Of a stretch of DNA of 52,236 nucleotides, positions 1 to 9,019 are shown in pieces. Source of the DNA: an uncultured Pseudomonadota bacterium (GTDB lineage Bacteria; Oederibacteriota; Muellerivitia; Muellerivitales; Muellerivitaceae). The notes beneath the pieces are model-generated. The model was given only the letters and a program-made list of their open reading frames with translations. It was not told the origin of the DNA and ran no database searches. Position 1 is the stretch's first letter. Every line of letters begins with the position of its first letter. The position numbers and the translations under genes were made by a program. The stretch lies in the NCBI GenBank assembly GCA_963836235.1, contig CAWIIP010000003.1, forward strand, positions 1-52,236, written 5' to 3'.

Positions 1-248
1 AAAAGAACGTTCAAATCGCGGCCCTTAAAATGGAGAAGTCCCTCGGTCATTTCCATAGGAGGCTTGGGCAATAAATGAAGAACAGAAAGAGCGGTCATGC
101 TTTTACCGCATCCCGATTCCCCTACCAAAGCAACCCGCTCCCCTTCCTGAAGGACCAGATCCATTCCGTTTAACACAAAACCCGTGAGATCCATTTGTGG
201 ATTTTTAATGGCAACCTTTAAATTTTGGATAGTCAATAAGGCAGGCAA
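1..248 (-). CDS. Oligopeptide/dipeptide ABC transporter ATP-binding subunit (OppD/DppD-like), 5' part; runs off window start
   Basis: Manual translation from TTG at 248: LPALLTIQNLKVAI...GERVALVGESGCGKSMTALSVLHLLP; Walker A GESGCGKS in typical OppD context. Confidence 0.88.
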   Translation of the reverse strand, partial: MPALLTIQNLKVAIKNPQMDLTGFVLNGMDLVLQEGERVALVGESGCGKSMTALSVLHLLPKPPMEMTEGLLHFKGRDLNVL

Positions 249-282
249 TGTTTTTCCAAATTATTAAAGTTGATATTAACCA

Positions 283-1065
283 TCAAAGGTTTTTGACATT
301 CTTGAATTGGACGCCTAACGAGGGGTAATCAATCACGGCATAATGTCCCTCAAAAAAGGGACCCGGGTTCACCACTACTGCTGGCCCCATTTTCACGGTT
401 CCTTGTCCTGATTTTGCCCGGCCACACATCACCAGTTTCGGAGCGACCCTTTCAATAAGTTCATTAATAAGCAAAACACCACAATGTTCACCATCGGACA
501 AATCCAAACGGCAAACCGGTGGTGAATGTAGTAAAAGAATTTTTTCACCCGGAAAATACTCTAGCCGCCTCAAAGCGAATTCCACCCACGTCCTCGAATA
601 TTGAAGAACCAGTTCCCGGTTATCCTCACTAATCGTCATATCCCCGCCATAACCGGCCACCATGAATTGGTCTTCCCTATGCATCATTTCATGGGCTGGC
701 TTCAAATTGGGGTAAATATGGGCATAATTATAAATGGTCTTGAAATAGGTTGATTCGGGCGCGTCGTTATAACCCGGAATGGCATAAACAATCTTTTGGG
801 TATCCGCAAGGGCCAGGAGAAATTGTTGGAGGTATTCGGCGTCTTCCTTAATTTCCTGTTGGATATTTGGATTATCCGCATCCGGTTTGCTGTGAAATTT
901 TCGGGCCGTCTCGTATTCCAAAAGCCGCTTTTCACCCTTCATCGACCCACCGCAATAAAAAATGATGTCCGGATCCTCGTTTTTCACTATTTGGGGAATC
1001 GTAGGAAGTAATTCATTGGCCCCGTGGTAGTCGGTCAAACACAAGAACTTCAAGTTTCTCTCCAA
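283..1065 (-). CDS. Calcineurin-like metallophosphoesterase-fold protein, degenerate (TT1561/aq_1956-like)
   Basis: TDYHG, IPGYNDAP, LLHSPP, VVNPG motifs in MPE order; several metal ligands substituted. Confidence 0.75.
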   Translation of the reverse strand: MERNLKFLCLTDYHGANELLPTIPQIVKNEDPDIIFYCGGSMKGEKRLLEYETARKFHSKPDADNPNIQQEIKEDAEYLQQFLLALADTQKIVYAIPGYNDAPESTYFKTIYNYAHIYPNLKPAHEMMHREDQFMVAGYGGDMTISEDNRELVLQYSRTWVEFALRRLEYFPGEKILLLHSPPVCRLDLSDGEHCGVLLINELIERVAPKLVMCGRAKSGQGTVKMGPAVVVNPGPFFEGHYAVIDYPSLGVQFKNVKNL

Positions 1066-1076
1066 AGGACTCGAAA

Positions 1077-1103
1077 TTTAACAACGACATATCGGTTGTT
1101 AAA
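1077..1103. promoter_or_regulatory. Inverted repeat TTTAACAAC-N9-GTTGTTAAA between divergent genes; candidate operator
   Basis: Perfect 9-bp arms at 1077-1085 and 1095-1103. Confidence 0.45.
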
Positions 1104-1129
1104 GTAATTTTGTTACGCCGATAACTTCA

Positions 1130-1159
1130 TTGCGACCCTGCAAGACTTTCCGATACAAT
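1130..1159 (+). promoter_or_regulatory. Putative sigma70 promoter TTGCGA-N18-TACAAT
   Basis: Near-consensus hexamers about 45 bp upstream of the ATG at 1206. Confidence 0.4.
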
Positions 1160-1205
1160 TCTACTCTAATAGGATTGAACTTCAAACAACGAACCCAAAG
1201 ACGAA

Positions 1206-2528
1206 ATGCCCAAATATCCAAATCCTTATTTCACAATGCCGGACGGGACTTTAAAGCACATCAATCCCCTTACCGGAACAGAAGTTTGGACTGTCCCAAC
1301 TCGGGCTTTTCGTCCATTCTTAAACCGTAATACAATTCCATCCAAACCCTTGTCTAGAGGAGACAAGGAAAACTACTGCGACTTTTGCCAAACCGAGTAT
1401 TTTCGGACTCCCCCTGAGAAATCCCGGTTGGTCTTGAGCTCCGACGGCTCTTATCAAAAAATAGACCGGTTGAATCCCGACCTAATACAAGCTTCCTACG
1501 CTCAATTTCGTAGGGTGGCCAACCTCTTTGAGATTGTCACTATCGATTACTGGGTCAAAAACCACGGGTTTCAGCTTTCCCCTTCACAAGTTCAATGGAA
1601 ACAAAATTACATCGGCAATTCCAGGGGTTTGGAGCATGTTATAGAACTCATCAACATAAAATTGAAACTTGCCGGAACTCTCCCCGAGAAAATTCTTGGA
1701 ATGTCAAATGAGGAAAAACTTAATCTTTCGGATGCTTTCTTCGGTGGAGCTCACGAAGTTATTCCTGCCGGACGCCATTTTCGTGCGGGAGCCAACTGGG
1801 ATAATGAGCTTTACTCCTCCGGGGAGATGACGCCTGAAGAACATTACCGTTATATGCGTTTCACGATCGATGCCATGGTGGATATTTACATGAATAACCG
1901 TTACGTGCGTTATGTCACTATCTTTCAAAACTGGCTCCAGCCCGCCGGCGCCTCATTCGATCATTTGCACAAACAACTCGTAGGTCTAGACGAATGGGGA
2001 ACCTCCATCCAGACGGAGGTGGACATCGTTTGCAAAAACCCGAGCGTCTATAACGAATCGATTGTTAATTTTTCCGCCTACCACAATTTGGTCTTCGCGG
2101 AGAACGATCACGCGATCGCTTTATCGGAAATCGGACACCGATATCCCACTTTGGCCATTTACTCCAAAAGTAAGATGGCCCGCCCAGATGAGCATAAAGA
2201 AGAGGAATTAAGATGTTTTTCCGACCTCGTCCATGCTTGCCACGCCGCCATGGGTAGCCAAATCCCTTGTAACGAAGAGTGGTATTACTCTCCACGGGAT
2301 ACGGTTGATGTCATGCCTTGGCACGTGCTGATAAAATGGAGAACGGTCAATCCCGCTGGTTTTGAGGGTGGGACCAAGATCTTCATCAACCCCGTTTCCC
2401 CTACCATGTTGAGGGATCAGGTGGTTCCCCGTCTTTACGAATTACGGGAAAAAGGAAAAATCAAAAATATCCGTATTGCCACAGAATGCGAACTCACGCC
2501 CAATTCCCTACTTTATGGGCAAAAATAA
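1206..2528 (+). CDS. DUF4921-family / GalT-like (HIT-superfamily) nucleotidyltransferase
   Basis: N-terminal HINPLTGTEVWTVP..R..RP, CDFC zinc motif, GASFDHLHKQ (HxHxQ), C-terminal AGFEGGTKIFINPVSP. Confidence 0.82.
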   Translation: MPKYPNPYFTMPDGTLKHINPLTGTEVWTVPTRAFRPFLNRNTIPSKPLSRGDKENYCDFCQTEYFRTPPEKSRLVLSSDGSYQKIDRLNPDLIQASYAQFRRVANLFEIVTIDYWVKNHGFQLSPSQVQWKQNYIGNSRGLEHVIELINIKLKLAGTLPEKILGMSNEEKLNLSDAFFGGAHEVIPAGRHFRAGANWDNELYSSGEMTPEEHYRYMRFTIDAMVDIYMNNRYVRYVTIFQNWLQPAGASFDHLHKQLVGLDEWGTSIQTEVDIVCKNPSVYNESIVNFSAYHNLVFAENDHAIALSEIGHRYPTLAIYSKSKMARPDEHKEEELRCFSDLVHACHAAMGSQIPCNEEWYYSPRDTVDVMPWHVLIKWRTVNPAGFEGGTKIFINPVSPTMLRDQVVPRLYELREKGKIKNIRIATECELTPNSLLYGQK

Positions 2529-2535
2529 ACTTATT

Positions 2536-4590
2536 TTAACTACCCCCTGTGGGATTCATAACGGAACGGACCCAATCATCCTTACCTTCAAACCCGGGCA
2601 AAAGTTCAATTTTCTGTGGCTCTTCTCGGGGCTTGTCACGAACCGAATAAACGAAACTGTTCTCGTAAATTCCAACGGGATCCATAAAATACCGCCAAAA
2701 TCTTACGTACTCTGAAACCGGCATTCCTTCTAAATTGAAATCTTTTTCTTCCCGGGACATGGCTCGAGCTTCCCATTTCTGATAAAGAAAATAACGGACC
2801 CCTTCTCTTTTAAGAATGGCCGACAATTCTTCGGCCGTTTTACAATCGGAAGCCCACTGCAGGAAAACAGGCCTTTTCCATTTAAAGTCCACAAAAGCGA
2901 TCCGTTGGAGGGGATAGGTTTGAAACACCGCAAAGGCGAGGACCTTGTCCTTGGGGTCCGAATGACCTTCGATGCCCCGATAGGCCGCATAAGTATCCAA
3001 ATTGTAAGAATAATGCCGTTTAAGCCTTAACAGCGGATCCTCTAATCCCAGAGCTGAGGCATAGGGTGCGGTTGTCACCAATTGGGCCGAAAGGCAGAGC
3101 CAAAACGAAAGTGCGGCACCTACTCCGAATAGGACCTTTGGCCCGTTCTGTTTTTCCTTAAAGGCCTCCTCCCAAGCCAATGCCGCAAGGAGAATCAAAA
3201 CCAGCGCACCTCCGGAAGCATGACGAAAACTGGAGCTGACGAAAATCCAGCTGGTTAAAAACAGAACGGAAAAACATAAAAGAAAAAACCCAAACCTTGT
3301 TTTCACTACACCCCAAGCCCAGGGAAGTCCCATGACCACCAGAGGCGTCCACGCGGCATTGACGGCATTGGATGTAGTGAAAAAAGAACTCCATAAGGTA
3401 GCGGCCGATCCCCCAAAACTTAATGGCAGCCCCGTATCAACCAGTAAGTTCTTTTCCATTTCAGGGCTATATCCGACCGGAGTTCCAAAGATGTGAGTTG
3501 CCAGGGGGTAAAAGGGATTTCCGAAAGCCAGCCAATTTTTAAATAGCCACGGGAACAGGGGAAAAATGAAGGCCAGAAAAGATATCAGATTTAATTTCAA
3601 AGGATTTTTCTGAACCAATTTTTCATAGCTCCAAATCAATCCGATAGCGACAATAGCCAAAACAGCCGTGTATTTAACGACAAACGCGGTGCCCAAGAAA
3701 AAAGTCGTCAAGGGAAGCCAAACTCTATTTTTTGGCTCTTGAATCGCTTTCCAAAAACTAAAGAGAGCCAAGACCTCGAAAAAAGCCAAAAACCCTTCAA
3801 CATATCCCCAAGAATAAAGGGCTAGAAAAAAAGGACAGGTCAAAAAAATGAAAGCGGTTAACTTTCCTGTTCCCTTCCCCTCCCGGGACAGCAAAATAAG
3901 TAACCAACTCGTAAGGATAGTCGGTAAAGCGCTTGAAAGCTTGGAAAGGCCTTCTCCACCCAAATTCCAAAAACCAGCCAAAATGAGTTCAGCCGCCTTA
4001 GGCATGTCGCCTGTATGGTTGGTCCAATGAAAAAGGATTTGGTGAAGCCGGGAGACTTCCCGGGCAAAACGAAAATGATCCAAAATAGCGTCCCAAACCA
4101 AGGGTGAAGACAAATATTCAAAAGCCCATAAGACCAGCGGCGGAATCAACAAAGTGACCCAAGGCCCAGGCTTTAACCCCGAATTGGAAAAAGCGAAATC
4201 CTTCTTACCTTTCCAACCCTCCACCGAGGCCGGAATGAAAAACAAAGCCGTCAAAGGCCAATAAAGGATTTCATTTATAGCTAAACTGAAAACGTAAAAG
4301 GAGAAAAAAACGAGCGCCAAAGAAAATCCAAAAAGGAACGTGATCTTCTTGTCATTAGTTGGGAAAAGAATCCCTTTGAACCATCGCGCCCAACCTATAA
4401 ACCCAAAGCCAATCAGTACAATCCAAAGAAGCGATAGGGCTCTATGGCTGAGAGCGGGGAAAAAGAGGGATTCGTCCCATTGCGTATCTTGAAAAAGCTT
4501 CAAGGATGGGAAAAAGGAGGATTTGCCGACACTCCAAATAAAAAAGGCGAGAATCAGCAAGGAAGCCAAAGTCTTTTTCAAGAATTCCAC
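2536..4590 (-). CDS. Polytopic membrane protein, GT-C fold glycosyltransferase (ArnT/PMT-like)
   Basis: More than 12 hydrophobic segments; WDAILDH loop, VKYTA, PWLFKNWLAFGNPFYP motifs; soluble C-terminal domain. Confidence 0.7.
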   Translation of the reverse strand: MEFLKKTLASLLILAFFIWSVGKSSFFPSLKLFQDTQWDESLFFPALSHRALSLLWIVLIGFGFIGWARWFKGILFPTNDKKITFLFGFSLALVFFSFYVFSLAINEILYWPLTALFFIPASVEGWKGKKDFAFSNSGLKPGPWVTLLIPPLVLWAFEYLSSPLVWDAILDHFRFAREVSRLHQILFHWTNHTGDMPKAAELILAGFWNLGGEGLSKLSSALPTILTSWLLILLSREGKGTGKLTAFIFLTCPFFLALYSWGYVEGFLAFFEVLALFSFWKAIQEPKNRVWLPLTTFFLGTAFVVKYTAVLAIVAIGLIWSYEKLVQKNPLKLNLISFLAFIFPLFPWLFKNWLAFGNPFYPLATHIFGTPVGYSPEMEKNLLVDTGLPLSFGGSAATLWSSFFTTSNAVNAAWTPLVVMGLPWAWGVVKTRFGFFLLCFSVLFLTSWIFVSSSFRHASGGALVLILLAALAWEEAFKEKQNGPKVLFGVGAALSFWLCLSAQLVTTAPYASALGLEDPLLRLKRHYSYNLDTYAAYRGIEGHSDPKDKVLAFAVFQTYPLQRIAFVDFKWKRPVFLQWASDCKTAEELSAILKREGVRYFLYQKWEARAMSREEKDFNLEGMPVSEYVRFWRYFMDPVGIYENSFVYSVRDKPREEPQKIELLPGFEGKDDWVRSVMNPTGGS

Positions 4591-4605
4591 CCTGGTTTGG
4601 CTTGA

Positions 4606-4633
4606 TTGACAATCAAAAGTCGAGAGATATAAT
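4606..4633 (+). promoter_or_regulatory. sigma70 promoter of the tRNA, TTGACA-N16-TATAAT
   Basis: Perfect consensus hexamers at 4606-4611 and 4628-4633, 45 bp upstream of the tRNA. Confidence 0.85.
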
Positions 4634-4678
4634 ACGCTTCCTTTCCATGGGAGGGAAACAGCCTTCTCGTTGATCGAA

Positions 4679-4762
4679 GCCCGGGTGGTGAAATGGCAGA
4701 CACGTACGCTTGAGGTGCGTATGGGGAAACCCGTGCGGGTTCGAGTCCCGCCTCGGGCACCA
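4679..4762 (+). tRNA. tRNA-Leu (anticodon GAG)
   Basis: GCCCGGG/CTCGGGC acceptor stem, anticodon arm TACGC-TTGAGGT-GCGTA, long variable arm, GGTTCGAGTCC T-loop, encoded ACCA end. Confidence 0.97.
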
Positions 4763-4765
4763 TTT

Positions 4766-5407
4766 TTAGGTTGAACGCATTAAGGAAAGAACAAGCTCAT
4801 TGAAACTCCGATAGTTATAGTCTGGTTTTGGACATGATCCAAAACCATACTCAGCAAACGCAAAGGGTATCCCACAATCCTTAGCCGCTTTTTGATCCCC
4901 CTCCGCATCTCCGACCATCACGGTTTTTTTCAGTCCATTTCGAAGAATTAAATCCCGTAAATTATCAGATTTGGAATTACCGGTATTTCCCCAACACTCA
5001 AAATCCTTGAAAAAAGGCCTAAAACCGGCCCATTCAAGAAAGGTTTCAATGTATCCAGCCTGGCAGTTGCTCACGATAAATAGCGGATAGACTTCGGCTA
5101 GTTTCGGAATTTTATCCCTCACACCCGGATATAACTTACCGCCCTTTTCACGAACCATTCGATTATCTTCTTCGATTGTTTCGGCGAAAATAAGTCGAAG
5201 GATGTCTTCGGACAGTCCAAGGAAAGTTTCTCGGATACAGGCTTCGTGTGGTTTTCCGGTAACGGCCCGGACATCCTCAGTTGAAATTTCGCGAAATGGA
5301 ATTTTGTTGCGCTGAAGGACGTTGTTCCATGCTATCGCGCAGGTAGCGCAGGTATCCCAAAGGGTACCATCCAGGTCGAAAACGATAGAATCGAACGGGA
5401 GGTCCAC
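4766..5407 (-). CDS. HAD-family hydrolase (phosphoglycolate phosphatase-like)
   Basis: FDLDGTLWD motif I, VSN motif II, K, MVGD..GD motif IV. Confidence 0.9.
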   Translation of the reverse strand: MDLPFDSIVFDLDGTLWDTCATCAIAWNNVLQRNKIPFREISTEDVRAVTGKPHEACIRETFLGLSEDILRLIFAETIEEDNRMVREKGGKLYPGVRDKIPKLAEVYPLFIVSNCQAGYIETFLEWAGFRPFFKDFECWGNTGNSKSDNLRDLILRNGLKKTVMVGDAEGDQKAAKDCGIPFAFAEYGFGSCPKPDYNYRSFNELVLSLMRST

Positions 5408-5413
5408 TCGAAG

Positions 5414-6472
5414 CTATTTTATCTTATCCTTCAGGGCCAAAGCGTCCGGATTGTCGGATTGGAAGGATAAGGCCGTTTTTAAGTAAAATTTGGCTTCCTT
5501 GGCGCTGCCCATATCCGAGAAAGTGGAGGCCACCGCCGCGTAATAACTTGCCCGCATGCCGTTGATATCTTTGCTCGCTACTTTCTGCTTTTGAAGTTCG
5601 GCGAAAAAGGACTTTGCTTTCTGGCCCAAAACGGCGACCTGGTTCTTTTTAATCAGGTTCGGAACCAATTCGGCTTTCAATTTTGTCATGGCTGTGGGTG
5701 GGTCCAAGGGCTCATCCCACCAGCCATTTTTCGAAGGATGGCTTTCCTTCAACGGTTTTTCGGCGGGAACCGCCGCAACCACGGCCGGCTTGGTTTCCGG
5801 CACTTCCGCTATGGCGATGGCGGTCCCCGACCAACCCGCTGACCCGCCTGGGGCTGCCTTTGATTCAGCGAATTGTTTCTTGGCATCATCCCAAGCCAGC
5901 ACGTGTTCGGCGTCGCTGCGATCTTTAGCGAATTCTTTGGAAGAACACCATATTTCAACCCCGTCGAATCGGGCGAAAACCTGGGGAGCTGACGCGTCCA
6001 AGACTTGTTTCATGACACCGTCGATATAAGCGAACCCTTTCAAATTCTGGCCGCCTTTGAGGTCATCCCGCTGAAAAATTAAAAAAGGCGCCTTTTTATC
6101 CGGTACCGTTACAAGATGCAGCCATTGAATGGTCCCACCCTCGTCCTGAAAGCTTTTCTCGTATTTTTTTTGAGTAGGGTTATAAAAACAAACGTTCAAT
6201 GTTTGATTATGCGGCTTGTCCAATTCGTTGACGGGGGCCGATTGGCGATAGATAAGCAAAAGATCTTTTTGACCGGTACCACGGATATCCTCGAAGTCAA
6301 AAAGTCCCTTGCTTTCGATTCTTCCACCATCGTCCATCCATGGCAGGTTTTCTAGAAGATGGTCCGGGGGAAGGATGGAATCCATCCATTGGTTTTGGGC
6401 CCGCGCCAAGCCGGTTAAGCCGGCGAGAATTCCAAAAAATAAATAAATCTTTTTCAAATTGGAAAATTTCAT
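5414..6472 (-). CDS. Exported hypothetical protein; beta-rich N-domain, Ala/Pro linker, helical TPR-like C-terminus
   Basis: Signal peptide (ARA-Q), C-terminal AKFYLKTALSFQSDNPDA resembles a TPR end; tightly packed in operon. Confidence 0.6.
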   Translation of the reverse strand: MKFSNLKKIYLFFGILAGLTGLARAQNQWMDSILPPDHLLENLPWMDDGGRIESKGLFDFEDIRGTGQKDLLLIYRQSAPVNELDKPHNQTLNVCFYNPTQKKYEKSFQDEGGTIQWLHLVTVPDKKAPFLIFQRDDLKGGQNLKGFAYIDGVMKQVLDASAPQVFARFDGVEIWCSSKEFAKDRSDAEHVLAWDDAKKQFAESKAAPGGSAGWSGTAIAIAEVPETKPAVVAAVPAEKPLKESHPSKNGWWDEPLDPPTAMTKLKAELVPNLIKKNQVAVLGQKAKSFFAELQKQKVASKDINGMRASYYAAVASTFSDMGSAKEAKFYLKTALSFQSDNPDALALKDKIK

Positions 6473-6506
6473 TTTTCCCCTCGCGTGAAATGACCACCGG
6501 CTAAAT

Positions 6507-7511
6507 CTATGGCTTCAGCCATCCGGCGGTTAAATAGAATTGAACCGTGTTCTTAAGACCTTTTTCCATATCATATCTGGGCTTAAACCCTAACCGTTTT
6601 CGGATCTTCTGGTTGCTGCAAACCCAACCGGGTTCCCCAGCCTCCTTCAGCTTATCGACGCTGACGATCGGTGGCAAAAAGGATTTACCCGTAAACCGGG
6701 CAACCCCATCCCCCACGGCAGCCACTATTCTAACGATTCCCAATGGAACATTGAACGATTTATAAGACTTTTTAAGGATTTGTCCGATATAAGCGGATAA
6801 TTCATTCCAATTCAAACTTTTCCCATCCGAAACAAAGAAAATTTGCCCTTTAGCCTTAGGAGAACTTCCAGCCAGAAGAATGGCTTCCACCAGATCGGCC
6901 ACATAAACAAAACTAACCCTTTGGGCTCCATCCCCCCCGTTTACCACGAGGCCCTGCCGAACCATCTTAAAATATTCAAAAATATCGGTTTCCCGAGGTC
7001 CATAAACCGCCCCAGGGCGCAGAATAGAAACCTCGTACTTCCCCCGGTAGGAGAGGACTATTTCTTCCCCCATTCGTTTAGTCTGACCATAGAAGCTGAC
7101 GGGATGGCAGGGGAAAGTCTCGTCGATTTCCTTATCCAAAGGTGAAGGACCAGCGGCGGAAAGCGAGCTAACGTAAACAAGCCTTCGGAATCCCTTTTCA
7201 TCCGCCGCAGCTTGGCAAACATTTCTCGTTCCTTCGGCGTTGACCGCTTGATAGGCCGAAAAATCCGCGCCCCTTAAAATTCCTGCCAAATGGTAGGCTA
7301 CCTTGACACCCTTCATGGCTTTCCGGACAGATTCCAAATCCGTGACATCGCCATAACATAATTCCATTTGAGAATTTGTCGGAAAAGGTAACCGGCTCGT
7401 TTTTCTTACCAATAACTTCACTTTGATTTTTCGGCGGGCCAAGCCTTCGGCTAAATGGCTCCCCACAAAACCACTGGCTCCAGTAACTAATGCCGGTGAT
7501 AAAAATTTCAT
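6507..7511 (-). CDS. NAD-dependent epimerase/dehydratase-family extended SDR; candidate ceramide/3-ketosphinganine reductase (CerR-like)
   Basis: TGASGFVG Rossmann motif, YVSS, YGQTK (YxxxK); ATG at 7511 preferred; divergent from spt-like gene. Confidence 0.8.
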   Translation of the reverse strand: MKFLSPALVTGASGFVGSHLAEGLARRKIKVKLLVRKTSRLPFPTNSQMELCYGDVTDLESVRKAMKGVKVAYHLAGILRGADFSAYQAVNAEGTRNVCQAAADEKGFRRLVYVSSLSAAGPSPLDKEIDETFPCHPVSFYGQTKRMGEEIVLSYRGKYEVSILRPGAVYGPRETDIFEYFKMVRQGLVVNGGDGAQRVSFVYVADLVEAILLAGSSPKAKGQIFFVSDGKSLNWNELSAYIGQILKKSYKSFNVPLGIVRIVAAVGDGVARFTGKSFLPPIVSVDKLKEAGEPGWVCSNQKIRKRLGFKPRYDMEKGLKNTVQFYLTAGWLKP

Positions 7512-7567
7512 ACAACCCCTATAAATGAAAATCGGCGCAGGGGGAACTCCCCAAATCGGCAAAATGT

Positions 7568-7596
7568 TTGATTCAGGCCAGACCCTATCCTATAAT
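7568..7596 (+). promoter_or_regulatory. sigma70 promoter TTGATT-N17-TATAAT for the spt/bcerS unit
   Basis: Hexamers at 7568-7573 and 7591-7596 with 17-bp spacer. Confidence 0.7.
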
Positions 7597-7726
7597 GCCC
7601 CGTCACTTTGACCCAATCCCCTTGGCCTTTCGTTGGCTTCAACGAAAAAGGGGATCAACCCCGTAGTTATTATGCTGATTTCAACACTCCCGTGGGGCAA
7701 AAACAAACTCAAATATTAGAGGTATC

Positions 7727-8923
7727 ATGGACATTTTCGATAAGGCGAATAGTTGGACTGCCGCGGACGACGTAAGGAAATTGGGGCTCTACCCCTATTT
7801 TCGGGCCATCACTTCCGGCCAGGATACCGAGGTCGTGGTGGGCGGTAAAAAGATGATCATGGTGGGTTCCAACAACTATCTCGGGCTGGTCAACCACCCT
7901 GAGGTCAAGGAAGCCATGATCCACGCCATCGAGAAATATGGTTCCAGCTGTACCGGGTCCAGGTTCCTGAACGGCACCCTCGATTTGCATGAGGAGTTGG
8001 AGCGAAAACTGGCCTCTTTCGTGGGCCAGGAAGCCTGCCTGGTTTATTCCACCGGTTTCCAGGCCAACCTGGGAGTTCTTTCCACTATCGTCACCCGGGG
8101 CGATTACATCATTTCCGACCGTGAAAACCATGCCAGTATCGTGGACGGTCAAAAACTCTCCTTCGCCAAAACCGTCAAGCACGAGCATAGCAATATGGAA
8201 GACCTGGAAAGGGTCCTAGCCAACCACAAGGACGATCCTAAGCTCATTGTGACTGACGGTATCTACAGCATGGGTGGGGATATTTGCAAACTCCCAAAAA
8301 TCATTGAATTGAAAAAGAAATACAATGCCCGGGTCATGGTGGACGAAGCCCATTCCATCGGCGTCCTGGGAAAACATGGCGAAGGTACGGGCTTCCACTT
8401 CGGCGTCCAAAAGGACGTGGATATCATTATGGCGACCTTTAGCAAATCCTTCGCCGCCCTAGGTGGCTTTATCGCCTCCACCTATAAAGTCATTGACTAT
8501 TTGCGGCACAATTCCCGGCCCCTCATTTTCTCGGCATCCATGCCTCCCGCCTCGGTGGCGGGCGTCTTGAAGGCCCTCGAAATCATGCAAAGGGAGCCTC
8601 AACGCATCGAAAAATTGTGGAATATTGTCCACAAAATGAAGAAAGCTTATGAGGATATGGGTTACCAAACCGGGGTTACCGAATCTCCTATCATTCCTTT
8701 GCATATTGGTGATGATCTAGTCACCTTCCAAATGACCAAAGAACTGGGCGAAGAAGGCGTTTTTGCGACTCCCATCGTCAGTCCCGCCGTGCCGCCGGGC
8801 ATGGCCTTGATCCGCACCAGTTACAGTGCCACCCACACTGATGCCCAACTTGATTTTGTTCTCTCAAAATTCAAAAAAATTGGACAGAAAATGGGAGTCA
8901 TTCCCGCGGGAGTCCACGTCTAA
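7727..8923 (+). CDS. spt: PLP-dependent alpha-oxoamine synthase, most likely serine palmitoyltransferase
   Basis: YPYFR, GSNNYLGL, CTGSRFLNGTLDLH, NHAS, DEAHS, TFSKS (PLP lysine), RPLIFSAS; matches bacterial SPT pattern and neighbourhood. Confidence 0.8.
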   Translation: MDIFDKANSWTAADDVRKLGLYPYFRAITSGQDTEVVVGGKKMIMVGSNNYLGLVNHPEVKEAMIHAIEKYGSSCTGSRFLNGTLDLHEELERKLASFVGQEACLVYSTGFQANLGVLSTIVTRGDYIISDRENHASIVDGQKLSFAKTVKHEHSNMEDLERVLANHKDDPKLIVTDGIYSMGGDICKLPKIIELKKKYNARVMVDEAHSIGVLGKHGEGTGFHFGVQKDVDIIMATFSKSFAALGGFIASTYKVIDYLRHNSRPLIFSASMPPASVAGVLKALEIMQREPQRIEKLWNIVHKMKKAYEDMGYQTGVTESPIIPLHIGDDLVTFQMTKELGEEGVFATPIVSPAVPPGMALIRTSYSATHTDAQLDFVLSKFKKIGQKMGVIPAGVHV

Positions 8924-9019
8924 AATTAACCCATAATTTAATTGTCATCTCTTGAGGGAGATGCAAAATGGCCGTCGCAATAGAATCGGTTGGGAAAAAA
9001 AAGCACGGAGAGCAATCCC

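Noticed and set aside
4679-4762. tRNA as integration site of a genomic island
   Set aside because: No integrase and no repeat of the tRNA 3' end noticed in the window
4578-4763. 61-aa minus-strand ORF (MVPEAGLEPAR...)
   Set aside because: It is the antisense reading of tRNA-Leu, a common spurious ORF
7727-8923. BioF or Kbl assignment
   Set aside because: No bio or tdh genes nearby; motifs and the GNAT/SDR neighbours favour SPT, though only a phylogeny can exclude it
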